Shown one piece after another: positions 35,371 to 48,410 of a DNA stretch of 64,000 nucleotides. The translations under genes were made by a program, and so were the position numbers. Location: the NCBI RefSeq assembly GCF_046119375.1, contig NW_027362771.1, positions 256,184,001-256,248,000 of the forward strand, read 5' to 3'. Under the pieces are notes generated by a model. The model worked only from the letters and a program-made list of their open reading frames with translations, ran no database searches and had not been told where the DNA came from. Position 1 is the first letter of the stretch, and each line of letters begins with the position of its first letter. This DNA is from Phyllobates terribilis. Taxonomy: Eukaryota.

Positions 35371-37174
35371 CCACTTAAGGATTGAGCGACTTTGTAGGTT
35401 AATGAGCGGGCCTCATTTTTTAAAACTGACCACTGTCATTTTATGAGGTAATAACTCTGGAACGCTTCAACGGATCCCCCTGATTCTCAGACTGTTTTTC
35501 ATGACATATTGTACTTTATGATAGTGGTAAAATTTGTTTGATATGACTTGCGTTTATTTGTGAAAAAATTGGAAATTTGGTGAAAATGTAAAAAATGTCA
35601 CAATTTTCAAACTTTGAATTTTTATTCCCTTAAACCAGACAGATATGTCACACAAAATAGTTTATAAATAACATTTAACTTTTTTTCACAAAAATTTTAC
35701 TTTAAACCCAATTTTTTTTTATTTTCACAAGGGTAACAGAAGAAATTTTGCTGTACAATTTCTTCTGAGCGGGTGCGAATACAGCGATACCAGATTTATG
35801 TCGGGTTTTTATGTTTGGCTGCTGTCACACACTAAAAGACGCTTTTTTTTGCAAAAACAAATTTTTTCATCGCCATGTTTTGATAGCTATCATTTTTCCA
35901 TATTTCGGCCGACAGAGTCATGTGAGGGCTTGTTTTTTTGCGTGAAGAGTTGACGTCTTTATTGATACCATTTTTGGGCACATGACATGTTTGATCGCTT
36001 TCTATTCCGATTTTTGTTAGGCAGAATGAACAAAAACCAGCAATTGAGGAATTGTTTTTGGTTTTTTTTTATTCTGTTTCTCATGTAGTAAAATTGATAA
36101 GGCAGCTTTATTCTTCTGGTCAATATGATTACAGCGATACTTCATTTATGTCATTTTTTTATGTTTTGGCGCTTTTATAAAAACTTTTATAGAAAAAAGA
36201 ACTATTTTTGCATTGCTTTATTCTGAGAGCTATAACTTTTTTTATTTTTCTGCTGATGGAGCTGTATGGCAGCTTGTTCTTTGCAGGACAAGATGAGGTT
36301 CTCAGAGATACCATTTTTATTTACATTAGTTTTTTTGATCGTGTTTTATTCCACTTTTATCAAGCAGTATGATGAAAAAGCATAGTTTGCTAGGATTTTT
36401 TTTTTTTTACGGCGTTCACTGAAGGGGTTAACTAGTGTGGCACTTTTACTTTTATAGATCGGATTTTTCCGGATGCGCCGACGATATCAAATATGTGTAC
36501 TTTTTTTGTTTATTTAAATTTTTTTACATAAAAATGTGTATTTATTAGTGTAATATTTTATTTTTTTTTATTATTTTGTAATTTTTTTTTTTACAGATTT
36601 TTTTTACTTTTTAACTTAGTCCCTTTATGGGACTTTCACTTTTTTTACTGCAATGCATTGTACCTATACTGAGCTGTGAGCATGTTCTCAGAAGCTTTCC
36701 GTAGCTTGGTGACACGGGGGTGACGATCTAAAGCCGCGGTAGCTCCCTTTCCTCTGCCTGCCTCCTGAATGTTGCGATCACGCTCGATCGCAGCATTTAG
36801 TGGGTTAAACAGCCAGGAGCGGTGCTGGCACGGCTCCAGGCTGTTTAGTGCAGGAGCTCAGTCACTGGCAGTGCCGAGCTCCTGATCTGATCGGGCAGGA
36901 GGTGCTGATATTTCAGCACCTCCTGCGCGATCATGCTGTGATCGGTCAGTCAGATTGACTGACCGATTACAGCCCTTTGGGTGGGGGACCAACGACAAGG
37001 GTCCCCGCACCTATTCCCGTGCTGCTTAGCTGTCAGTGAGAGCTGTTGGCACTGAACTGTCACTGGATGTTTGCACGCAGTGACAGTTCAAAGTCATAAT
37101 GGGCATAGCACATCAAGGAGCGGGAACTGACACCCACTCTTGACATGCTATGTTCGTCATTGGTTGTTAAGGGT
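35371..37174. mobile_element. Non-autonomous TTAA-target (piggyBac-like) element
   Basis: TTAA at 35367-35370 and 37175-37178. Imperfect TIR CCACTTAAGG / GTTAAGGGT. No ORF. Confidence 0.6.
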
Positions 37175-38566
37175 TTAAAGTGTGTTTACATAATTTTGTA
37201 GGAAAAAAAGTTTTTTGCAGTAAATATTTTGTCCAGTCTAGCAATAGAAATGTACGTTTTTAAATCATTGTTTTCTCATTTACTATCATTTAGTGGGAAA
37301 AAAGGAGAAAACAAAGCGTACACTATACAATAAAAGTACTGTCCTACTTCTCTGTTATTTCCCTAGTAATGTAGGAATAAATTGACAGCTGGGTGTTGCA
37401 AGTTGGTGGCAGGGGATTTCCCTGCACAGTTTAACACTGTCCAATCAGGGATAGTGGTATAAGGATGTGCAGGAATAACACCCTTTTGATAAAGTCAGTG
37501 TCAACACCCAGCTGTTAATTTACTCGTAAATTTCTCAGAGGAAAAATGAGCACTCATACTAAGGCCATGTTCACACGTTGAGTATTTGGTCAGCATTTTA
37601 CCTCAGTATTCATAAGCCAAAACCAGTTGTGGGTGATAAATACAGAAGTGGTGACGTGTTTCTATTCTACTTTTCCTCTGATTGTTCCACTCCTGGTTTT
37701 GGCTTACAAATACTGAAGAAAAATACTGAACAAATACTGAATGTGTGATCGTGGTCTTAATCCCACACCTAAGAGCCAATGTGATAATGTCTTCATATGG
37801 CTATATCATAATAAAAAGGAACCTTATTAACAAAGCCAATGGAAGGGTAACCTTTAAGGGGTTATTTCCATCTGATAAACTGAAAGCATATCACTAGAAG
37901 ATACCATCACTCTGTGATCATTCACAGTTCGACCCTAAGAACTCCGACTGATCCTGAGAATGAGGACTCCAGCATTGTTTTATCCTTGCAAAGGGGTTAT
38001 AGGGGACTTTGGGATTTTTCTTCCTATGGGGCCAAGAATTTACACGCAGACAATTGATAACTACCTGCCTGTTCTTCTCTCAGACAATCTCTCCCTGCTC
38101 AGGCGGCAATTCTCCTGTTTCCTTTGACCCCACGTCAACAGAGCAGTTCATTCTTTTCCGGTATGCTCTGTCGTTGAAGCATCACTTCCAACGTCATGCC
38201 AACTGACTGCCAGCTACCCATAGTTAGACATTGGGGAGCTGGCTGTCAATCAGCATGACGTTGGCAATGACTAACCAACGACAGTGCAGAAAGGAAGAGA
38301 AGGAGCTACTCTGTTGACGTTTCATGATAGGAAGCAAGACAATCACCGGCAGGAGTGGTCCGTGACTCTGTGAGTCGTAAGAGATTGTCGCTTGGCAGAA
38401 CAAACAGGTAGCTAACAATTAACTGCTGGTAAATTCTTGGCCCCATACGAAAAGAACCCAAAAGTCCCAGATAGCCCCTTGAAGTGCTTATGTAAAAGAA
38501 TATGATAGTGCTGCCGTATCCTGCACAGTCGGTGTCAGGAAGTGCTTGATACAGGAAAAACTATAA

Positions 38567-39419
38567 GGCTGCGTGCCCACGATGCGGATTTAATGCGTTT
38601 CCGCGACGCCATTTCAGTACAACCATTAATTTTGCAGAATCGCGGCGAAATCGCCGCCATTGACTTGCATTGGACCGCATAACATCTGCATGACTACACG
38701 TACACATGCGGATATTATGCGATTCAATGCCCGGATGGTACCTGGGTCTGGAGAAGAGGAGACTCTCCTCCAGACCCGAGTACCATAGTACCTGTAGTTA
38801 AAAAATACTTAAAATAAAAAAAAAAACATATACTTACCTTCTAATGGCCCCCTGTCTGTTCCCGGCGGTGCTGCTGGCTCTTCGGCTGCTCGCGGTGTTG
38901 TAAAAGGACCTTCCATGACGTCATTTAGTCATGCGGCAGGTCACGCGACTGCTGACGTCGGCGGTCGCATGACCTGTCACATGACTAAATGACATCATGG
39001 AAGGTCCTTTTTATAGCACCGCGAGCTGCTGAAGACACCGAATGCACCGGAGAAGGAGACCGGGGGCCATCGGAAGGTGAGTATAATATTTTTTTTAATT
39101 TTCAACATTTTTATTCTTTTTTTTTACTATTGATGCTGCATTTGCAGCATCGTAACTTGGTCACACAACATAAATCCATGCCGGTTGCATGGATTTATAT
39201 AGTGTGACCAAGTTGTCAAGCACTTTTCCAAGTGATGCTAAAATCGCTTGGAAAAGCGCTTGACAACCCGCATGCGAAATCGCAAGTTCAAAACATTTCA
39301 CAAACGCTTCTACCTGGCAGAAAAAATGCATGTAAAATCCACATGCGTTTTTTCTGCCAGGGAGATGCAGAAACGCCCAGGAAAAATCCGCAGCATTTCT
39401 CCATCGTGGGCACATAGCC
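38567..39419. mobile_element. PIF/Harbinger-type non-autonomous element
   Basis: TAA TSD at 38564-38566 and 39420-39422. 18-bp TIR GGCTGCGTGCCCACGATG / CATCGTGGGCACATAGCC (16/18). Confidence 0.75.
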
Positions 39420-39802
39420 TAAAGGGGACAAAGCACTAGATCAGCGCAGCTCCATCCGCCTCAGGATTGGTCAGCTCTTAGAGGTTGAAACCCAATAGAT
39501 CACAAAGTGATGGCATATCTTAGCAATACATGATCTCTGTATCAGATAGCAATAACATTTTAGGGCTCTATTCACACCACATTTAGGGCATCTAGATGAC
39601 GTGTGCATTTTATTTTGATTCCTACAAAAAAGTGTTGCTAACTGTATGTGAATTTTACACATCTAAATGTCACACAAAATTATTATTAGTTCATCTGCCA
39701 TTGACCTTCATTGGCCAACATACGTATACTTGACATTGCCACTTGAGAGAAACTCATGCCTATGCGCTAGACATTTGACATTTTTAATGTTCTTCTTTCT
39801 AG

Positions 39803-39820
39803 ATTGGTGCGAAGCTGTGA
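39803..39820 (+). CDS. slc26a3: Probable terminal coding exon: IGAKL-stop, followed by an AT-rich 3' UTR
   Basis: Strong acceptor ttcttctttctag| and phase 0; short terminal coding exon as in mammalian SLC26A3; no sequence homology to confirm. Confidence 0.5.
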   Translation: MGAKL

Positions 39821-42789
39821 TCTCATGAAGTCATACAGCACATCACCTGAAAATGTTCTTATAGGGGGTCTCCACTTAATAATTTATGGATATAATAATT
39901 ATGAGAAGCAAACAGAGATCTTCAAATATCGCAGTCAATGATGCAGCTTTGCTTTTTTTTAATAAGAAGATTTTATTTAAAGTAAAGTATTCATCCTATT
40001 ATATCTATTTTTACATGTTACAACACGATTTCTGATTTTCCAACCTGAGCTGAAATCATAAGAATGTTTTCCAGAACTTTCTACTTCTTAAAAAGAATGC
40101 CGATGCCAAAGTGTACTGATGCAAGAAACCAGTAAAGGAAAAGAAACAAGGAGGAATGTATCTTTACAGTGCGGATTTAAATGCTTTTCAAGATGTATGG
40201 AAATGTGGGCTATAAACCCTACAAGTAATGTAATAGCTGAATTCTATTACCCATTTAGGATCTCAACATAGTCCCAAAAAGCCTGAAAGTAATATAAATA
40301 AGAGGACAGATTACAACTGTGCTTCTTATGCATATTTACTATACCAATAACTCTTAATATTTGATCAACCATGTTACAGTGTGTATACTAGCCAAAGATA
40401 GATCTGCATAGCATGAGGCTATGCAGAACATGAACATGCAATTGTACATAAAAGGAAAGGTATTATGTTAATGTACCCATAGACTAATGATTCAAAAAGC
40501 AATTAACATGTATATTATGTAAGTAAATATGATCAGAAATAAAATAACATTCATTAATATACCACACTGCCAGGGGGACCAATGATGGATAACGACTGAA
40601 AATTAACCATAGCATGATGGTGATTTATATTGTTGCCAGTATGTACTAACAGGTAGCAGAGCACAATGTTGTAGACTTGTGAAGGTTATCTCCTAAAGGC
40701 TGATACATATGGCAATGCACTATTAACAGCCCCATACTTAAATGTGGTACAAACGCTGGGCACCATCAGATCTGGTAGGTTCCATGATATTCTCAACTAG
40801 AAGCAATACTTCCAGCATACACAAGATGCCACAATTTCGTTTTCTGTCGAAACAGAACAGAATCTGACAATGAAAACTCTTAATATAACTCCGTATAAAA
40901 TCAGAGGCATGCACAGATACAGTAGGGGTCTTATGCATAAAAATAAGCTGCAATTCAGCTTTCTGCGTGATGCCTAAGGCTATGTTCACACTGGATTTTC
41001 GAGCAATCAAAAATATTCGTTTTTCAAGCACAAAACACTTCAGAAATCACTCTTTTTCTCTGGAGTATAAGGGGGGACATACAGTATCTCCTTGTGGAGA
41101 GTGCCAAGCCAGCATAGCAAGATTTATATGCCATGAAATGAATTTCTGTGAATTTAAATATGCAAATAGCCTCTTCAGAGTGGAAGAGGACTACAACTCT
41201 AATGCCACCTTGGGGACAGCTACCCTATAAGTCAATTCCGTCCTTTTCAACGGGACCTTTCATCTAATTTTTCATGTTGAACTGGACACACAATGTAATA
41301 GTGGCAGCAGAGCGGAACGAAATGTTAACACAGTGAAAGGGGTTTTTTTTATTTCGCCTCTCTCAGTTTTTTGCAATGACTTAATTTTTGTTCAGTCCAA
41401 ATGGGTGTCATCAGGTAGTTTTCACAGGGGGGCATATATTTCTCGCTGTATGATGCTGGCCAATCATAAGCAGTAAGCCACACAATGGAGAAGAAATAAC
41501 ACCCCCCCTCCTCCCCACAATAGCATAGAGCAGGTTTCTAGTTTCTAAGGCTACATTCCCACAATGCGTGTTTCGTGAGTTTCAGATGTTGCAGATTTTT
41601 GAAAAAAATGCAAGTAACCTATTTTGCTTAATTGGCGCAGAAAAATTGCAACAACGAAACCTCAAAAAAAGCTAATCGTGGGAACATAGCCTAAGTAGGT
41701 GAGATATACATTGTCAGAAAGCCTGATCTCCTGGTCTAACCTACTACATTATTATAAAGAGCTGGGAGTAGAACACAGATGACTAACACCTTTAAGATAA
41801 GGTCCCAGCAGTCATTGTGGGGGAGGGGCAGCACAACTGAGTTTAGCCATGTCACATTACAAACGCTTATATAAGATCTTCTTTCATAGCACAATCATCG
41901 CTGCTGAACTCCCCCTCCTCCCACACTACCTGTACACAGATTATCTGATCATTAGGTGTCAGTATTAGACTTTTGTCTGCTGTACTCACAGCAATTTGTA
42001 CTCACTCTACTACAGTGTGAGCAGAGCAGGCTACTCCTGTATGAGACATATAATGACAGCCTGCTTTGCTCATATAAAGCACCTATCTGAAAGGTGTTTG
42101 TCATCTGTTCTCTACTCCCAGCACTTTCTAATCATGGAGAAGGTTAGACCAGGAGATCAGGTTGTCTGACATATATACTTTTCACACACTAAGAAACTTG
42201 CTCTAAGCTATGGTGGAAGCATGTTCTTCTTTCTCCAGTGTGTTGCTGCCTGCAGCCACTATTACACTGAGTGTCCAGTTAGTATGAAAAATTTGGTGAG
42301 ATGTCCTGTTTAACAAGATTTGTTACATGGCTTAGAATGAAGTGGATATTTGCATATCTTTTTTTTCTGAAGTTTTGTACATCTAAAGCATCTTTTCTTC
42401 TGCCAGCGTATTTTTTTAGGGTTTCCTGGCGTTTTTTTTACTGGCATTCTCTGGATTTTTTTAAATCCATTAAATAATAAAGAAAACACAGGCATTTTTT
42501 GAGCAAAATCCCAGTTAAAATGTTCTGGATGTTCTGTTGTAAAGTAAGTAAAGTAAAGTGTCTTCCTTGTTGAAAATGCCAGAAAAATGTATATTTTACT
42601 TCTTTTAAAAACTTAGGATCTTTGGAAGCCTGAAGTATCTGAAAGAAGTTCAAAAGCCTGAACATACGAATCAGAAGTCATTTTCCCATACAATAAAGGA
42701 AACAATTATTTGATCCCTTGCTGTTTTTGTAAGTTTGCCCAAAGACATGGGCAGTCTATAATTTTAAGGGTAGGTTAATGTTAACATTG

Positions 42790-43310
42790 AGAGATAAAAT
42801 ATCCATTTATACAGAAGAGCATTTGTGAGGTCAGACCGATGTTTGATGAAAAGGCCTGGTTCACAATCTCTGTTCTAATTCATTCTAAAGATGTTCTGTG
42901 AAGTTGAGTTCAGCTAGCCTGTCGATTTCTTTCACACAAAACCCAACCATGCCTTTAACGACCTTGCTTTGTGCACTGGGGCATAGTCATGCTGGAAGAG
43001 AAAAGGACCTTCCCCAAACTGCTCCTGCAAAGTTGGACACATACAATTGTTCAAAAAGTCTTGGTCTGCTGAAGCATTAAGAATTCCCATCATTGGAACT
43101 AGGGAGCATAGGCGAAGCCCTGAAAAACAGCCCTTCAGCATTATACTTCTTCCATCAAAAGTAACAGTTGGCATAATGCAGTTAGCCAAATTACGTACCC
43201 CCTGCATTCACCAAATCCAGACTCATCCATCAAACTGCCAGATAGAAAAGCGTGATTCATCAGTCCACACAAAACACATCAAATTAGGGGTAGACACCAG
43301 GAAAGTGCAA
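42790..43310 (-). mobile_element. Tc1 transposase remnant
   Basis: Minus-strand fragment ...LNASADQDFLNNCMCPTLQEQFGEGPFLFQHDYAPVHKARS. Confidence 0.65.
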
Positions 43311-43344
43311 TCAATTGACCCAGAGTACAAGTACTCTAATTATT

Positions 43345-43660
43345 ATTATTTAATATTATAGCTATATTTATTTCGTGGCGCTTTACATGTGAAAAGGGGT
43401 CACCGACTGGTGCAAGAGGAGAGAGGACCCTGCCCACGAAGGGACACAAACAATCTAAAAGGGATGGGTGAGGATACAGTAGGTCAGGGTACAGATGGTC
43501 GTGCAGCGGTATGCTGGAGCGAGGGTTACTGCAGATAGTATGTTTGTCAGAAGAAGTGGGTCTTCAGCTTCCTTTTCAAGGTTTCCACAGTAGGTGAGAG
43601 TCTGCTGTGTTGGGGTACAGAGTTACACAGTAGGGAGGATGCACAGGACAAATCTGCTGA
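43345..43660 (-). mobile_element. L2 3'-end fragment
   Basis: (ATT)n tail and sequence similar to 19745-20100. Confidence 0.7.
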
Positions 43661-44270
43661 GAGTCTAAATGAAGGGAAGCTTCCAGGAGCTCACAACTGA
43701 GCAGATTAACCCCTGAACTGATTAATATGAAGGCGAAAGGATTCTAATGAGTGCAGGAGTGGGAGGAATCAGATGCTGCGGTCTTCTGGCTTCTCTCTCT
43801 CATAGTAAACCCTTGCCACCTTGCAAGCTTGCAAGCTTCAACACGATGTTCACAAGGTAGACAGCAGCAATGGTCGGTCTCCTAGACAACGAGCTAATGA
43901 TAGAGGCCACCATCTCCTTAGCTTGCTGTTGGTACTTTTCTGTGGGAAGAAGCTTGTCTCCAACCAGCCTGGAACATTTCCAGCGAATTATGGCACGTCA
44001 TGGTATTAGCAGTGCACCCGGTACCAGAAGTAAAGCCATCCACAATTTCCTTCTCAGGAATTTTATTTGGTAGACTGAGTGGCTGCCCAAACATTAGTTT
44101 CTCACAAAGGAGCTGAAGACACTGAGTGGCAGTAGGTGCAAGTTTCTCCAGCATGTTAGATATCAGAGGGAGAACAGAGAGAGCAGCACGGTGGCTCAGT
44201 GGTTAGCACTGCAGCCTTGCAGCGCTGGGGTCCTGTGCTCAAATCCCATGAAGGACAACATCTGCAAGTA

Positions 44271-45960
44271 TAACCCCTGGCAAAAATTATGGAATCACTG
44301 GGCTCGGAGGATGTTTATTCATTTGTTTAATGTTGAAAAAAAGCAGATCACAGACATGGCACAAAACTAAAGTCATTTCAAATGGCAACTTTAGGGCTTT
44401 AAGAAACACTAAAAGAAATCAAGATAAAAAATGTGGTACTCAGTAAGGGTAATTTTTTCAGACCAAGCAGAGGGAAAAAATTATGGAATCACTCAATTCT
44501 GAGGAAAAAATTATGGAATCATGAAAAACAAACACACAAAAGAACACTCCAATACATCAGTAGTATTTTGTCGCACCACCTCTGGCTTTAATAACAGCTT
44601 GCAGTCTCTGAGGCATGGACTTAATGAGTGACAAACAGTACTCTTCATCAATCTGGCTCCAACTTTCTCTGATTGCTGTTGCCAGATCAGCTTTGCAGGT
44701 TGGAGCCTTGTCATGGTCCATTTTCTTCAACTTCCACCAAAGATTTTCAATTGGATTGAGATCCGGACTATTTGCAGGCCATGACATTGACCTTATGTGT
44801 CTTCTTTCAAGGAATGTTTTCACAGATTTTGCTCTATGGCAGGATGCATTATCATCTTGAAAAATGATGTCATCATCCCCAAACATCCTTTCAATTGATG
44901 GGATGAGAAAACTGTCCAAAATATCAATGTAAACTTGGGCATTTATTGAAGATGTAATGACAGCCATCTCCCCAGTGCCTTTACCTGACATGCAGCCCCA
45001 TATCATCAATGACTGTGGAAATTTGCATGTTCTCTTCATGCAGTCATCTTTATAAATCTCATTGGAACGGCACCAAACAAAAGTTCCAGCATCATCACCT
45101 TGCCCAATGCAGATTCGCGATTCATCACTGAATATGACTTTCATCCAGTCATCCACAGTCCACAATTGCTTTTCCTTAGCCCATTGTAACCTTGTTTTTT
45201 TCTGTTTAGGTGTTAATGATGGCTTATGTTTAGCTTTTCTGTATGTAAATCCCATTTCCTTTAGGCGGTTTCTTACAGTTCGGTCACAGACATTGACTCC
45301 AGGTTCCTCACATTCGTTCCTCATTTGTTTTGTTGTGCATTTCCTGTTTTGGAGACATATTGCTTTAAGTTTCCGGTCTTGACGCTTTGATGTCTTCCTT
45401 GGTCTACCAGTATGTTTGCCTTTAACAACCTTCCCATGTTGTTTGTATTTGGTTCAGATTTTAGACACAGCTGACTGTGAACAATCAACATCTTTTGCAA
45501 CATTGCGTGATGATTTACCTTCTTTTAAGGGTTTGATAATCCTCTCCTTTGTTTCAATTGACATCTCTCGTGTTGGAGCGATGATTCATGTCAGTCCACT
45601 TGGTGCAACAGCTCTCCAAGGTATGATCATTCCTTTTTAGATGCAGACTAACGAGCAGATCTAATTTGATGCAGGTGTTAGTTTTGGAAATGAAAATTTA
45701 CAGGGTAATTCCATAATTTTTTCCTCAGAATTGAGTGATTCCATAATTTATTCCCTCTGCTTGGTCTGAAAAAAATGACCCTTACTGAGTACCACATTTT
45801 TAATCTTGATTTCTTTTAGTGTTTCTTAAAGCCCTAAAGTTGCCATTTGAAATGACTTTAGTTTTGTGCCATGTCTGTGATCTGCTTTTTTTCAACAACA
45901 TTAAACAGCTGAATGAACATCCTCTGAGCCCGGTGATTCCATAATTTTTGCCAGGGGTTG
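44271..45960 (-). mobile_element. Full-length Tc1 DD34E transposon with ~250-bp IR/DR TIRs
   Basis: TA TSD. TIR (C/T)AACCCCTGGCAAAAATTATGGAATCAC. Confidence 0.92.
44557..45564 (-). pseudogene. Tc1 transposase (DD34E) with an in-frame TGA at 45454-45456
   Basis: IFSDESR, FQDDNA-34 aa-IENL. The upstream HTH region is in frame with ORF 44557-45324 apart from one stop. Confidence 0.88.
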
Positions 45961-46639
45961 TAGTTTGTATGTTCTCCCCGTGTTTGTGGGGGTTTTCCCC
46001 GGGTTCTCTGGTTTCCTCCTCAGTAAAAAAGCAACAATACAGTGTCCGGGAACCTTCACACAGACTTTTCTTAGCCAAGGCTGCTTCTCGGCAGTGTTGG
46101 ACAGGCCCACCAGAGATCCAGAGAATCCTCCGGTGGGACCTGGCTTCTCTTTCAGGAGAGTTCATAGCGCAAACCTAGCAGCTGCTATGGGGCTCTTGAG
46201 CAGGGGAGAAAAGTGGGCCCTCAGAATCAAATCCTCTGTTGGACCCAATGTTCTTCAGTCTAACACTGCTTCTCTGTGAGAGTTTTATTTCACCTCAGCC
46301 ATATTCTTTAGGTCGGTGAAAGGACTGGCAGAGAGAAACCGTATCTACTCTGGCTGTCATTTCTCCCAAGAAATCCTCTAATGCAGCATGTTCCATAAGC
46401 AATGGCAGCCCGTCCAACATCATCTCACACTTCTCGTGGTGCTTAGTCACACACAAGCATCTTTCTTAACGTCTTGAATTTCATGACTACAGAGTTGGGA
46501 AATAGCCTGATCTGCAATGCGTTTTGAGAAATAACGTGCATAAGCAAAGCCACGGTTTAGGCTACTGAAGGCCATCATTAAGCGAAACTCATACAGCTTT
46601 CCCACACACTGAAAGAGGTTTTCAAGACTTCCAAGACAG

Positions 46640-48340
46640 CCAAGACTTCCCTGTCCTCACCAAGAGGATGACTTTCCATGTTCTCCTCCTCCTCCTCATT
46701 ATCACTCAATCCGCATTGAGATGAGATGAGGCTGGGCTTGTAGCATCATCCTGTATAGTTCCTTGCTCGCCTGCAATGCCTCCTCTTTAATTGTGAGCAG
46801 CAAGAGTTTCAGTAGACAGAGAATCGGGATGGTGATGCAAATTATGGCATAATTGCCGCTCACCATCTTGGTGGAGTCCTCAAAGTTTTGGAGGACAGCA
46901 CAGATGTCAGACATTCATGCCCACTCATCAGCTCTTATGTGCGGAGACTGACCTGAATTCCAAAGGGGGGGGGTTGAAGCTGGCCTCTGCTGCTCACAAA
47001 TCCTTCCAAACATCTGCAAAGTTGATTTCCAATGTGTGGTGACATTGCACACCAGTCAGTGAGCTGGAAACTGCAAACGCTGCTGAAGCACTGCCAGGTG
47101 GTGGAAGCTGTAGCTGACTTTCTGAAATGGGCACACATGCGGCATACTTTCACAAGAAGCTCTGGCAGATCTGGGTAGGTTTTGAGAAACCGCTGAACCA
47201 CTAAGTTGAGCACATTTAGTGCTTGCTCATCACTGATGTGTACCCCTGTATGGAGAACAATATCAGCACCAAAGAATTAAAAGATGAAATGTAGCCTGCT
47301 TTATATACCATGGTAGTAAGAAAAACAATTTCGATTATATCATGCGTACCCCTGTGACAACAATATCTGCACCAAAGAATTAATTTCACTAGAGTAGAAC
47401 TAGTATAATGGGGACCGACAACTCTTCCCTACAGCCAACCCAGCAGATGGAGACCCAACCAGGAGTGTTCACATTTCAAAAAATTAGGGCCTGACACCAC
47501 CATTTCCGTGGTCAACAGATTGGAGATGGTGGAGTTCAATCTCATAGCTTTGTCATGTGTAGGAGGAAACAATCTTTCATGTGACCACAACTATGGGACC
47601 GAGGGCTGGCTGCTGTGCTGAGAGAGGGCACAGTAAGGTATACCGAATAGCTGACAGAGTCTCACTCAGTCTAACTGGAGCGGGTATACAACCGGAGGTT
47701 CTGCGGTGGGAGACCTGCGTGACAATACTTGGCACGGTAACAGAGGAAGAAGAAGCAGCAGATGAGGTTGATGGAGTGGCTGATGGTTGTTGGGCTCCGC
47801 ATTTTATCGCAGTGAAATTGCCAGAGTAACGCATGTTGATTGCACATGTGAAGGTTCATGGATGTAGTAGTCAAATTATTGCACTTTTTCCCTCTATTGT
47901 GTTTTCTCTTGCAAAGTTGCCAGATAACGTGAATTGGCTCATCCTTTGCGGTGTCAAAAAAGGCCCAGGATAGGCAACCCTTACTGCCCCTGCGAGCTGC
48001 AGACCCATGACCGCTGCTGGCCACAGTTGTGGCTAAGGATGGAGTGCTCCTCGTGCTTGCATCAATCCCGTGTCTGCGCCATAGGACGAAACGTAGCCTC
48101 CTCATCTTCCTCCTCCACCTCCTCAGATGAGCTACTCATCTGCATGATTCTGGGTTCACAACAAGTGGGATCTACAACCTCATCATCATCCAATGTGTTA
48201 TCCCATTCCTCGACCTCAGAGTCACTCTCCTCCTCTTCTTGCCCTGACAGCGAGTACAGTCTGCATTATGCTCAGATATCTGAGTCTCATCAGGATTACT
48301 CCCCCCCACACACCCCGGGGGTTAACATCTGGTGAGAAGA
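46640..48340 (-). pseudogene. Decayed hAT transposase fragments (BED finger at ~47870-48000; core at ~46700-47220)
   Basis: LSWAFF...C..CKRK...TTTSMNLHM..QH (BED-like) and LNLVVQRFLK..L..VCRMCAHF. Confidence 0.75.
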
Positions 48341-48410
48341 ATCAGGAAGGTGCGCGGACCCTACTTTTTTTTCTTTCCCTGTATGGAGAACAATATTGGC
48401 ACCAAAGCAT

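Larger units (their letters stand above)
44182..46020 (+). mobile_element. V-SINE split by a Tc1 insertion (44182-44270 plus 45961-46020)
   Basis: SINE head ...GGACAACATCTGCAAG-TA and continuation TA-GTTTGTATGTTCTCCCCG. Confidence 0.8.

Noticed and set aside
39803-39820. C-terminal AKL as a peroxisomal PTS1 signal
   Set aside because: PTS1 imports soluble matrix proteins; a polytopic membrane transporter would not use it, and the exon call is tentative.
43820-44160. Possible L1/Tx1 LINE relics (also 46020-46420)
   Set aside because: Coding-like composition but no unambiguous RT or endonuclease motif could be read; needs a profile search.
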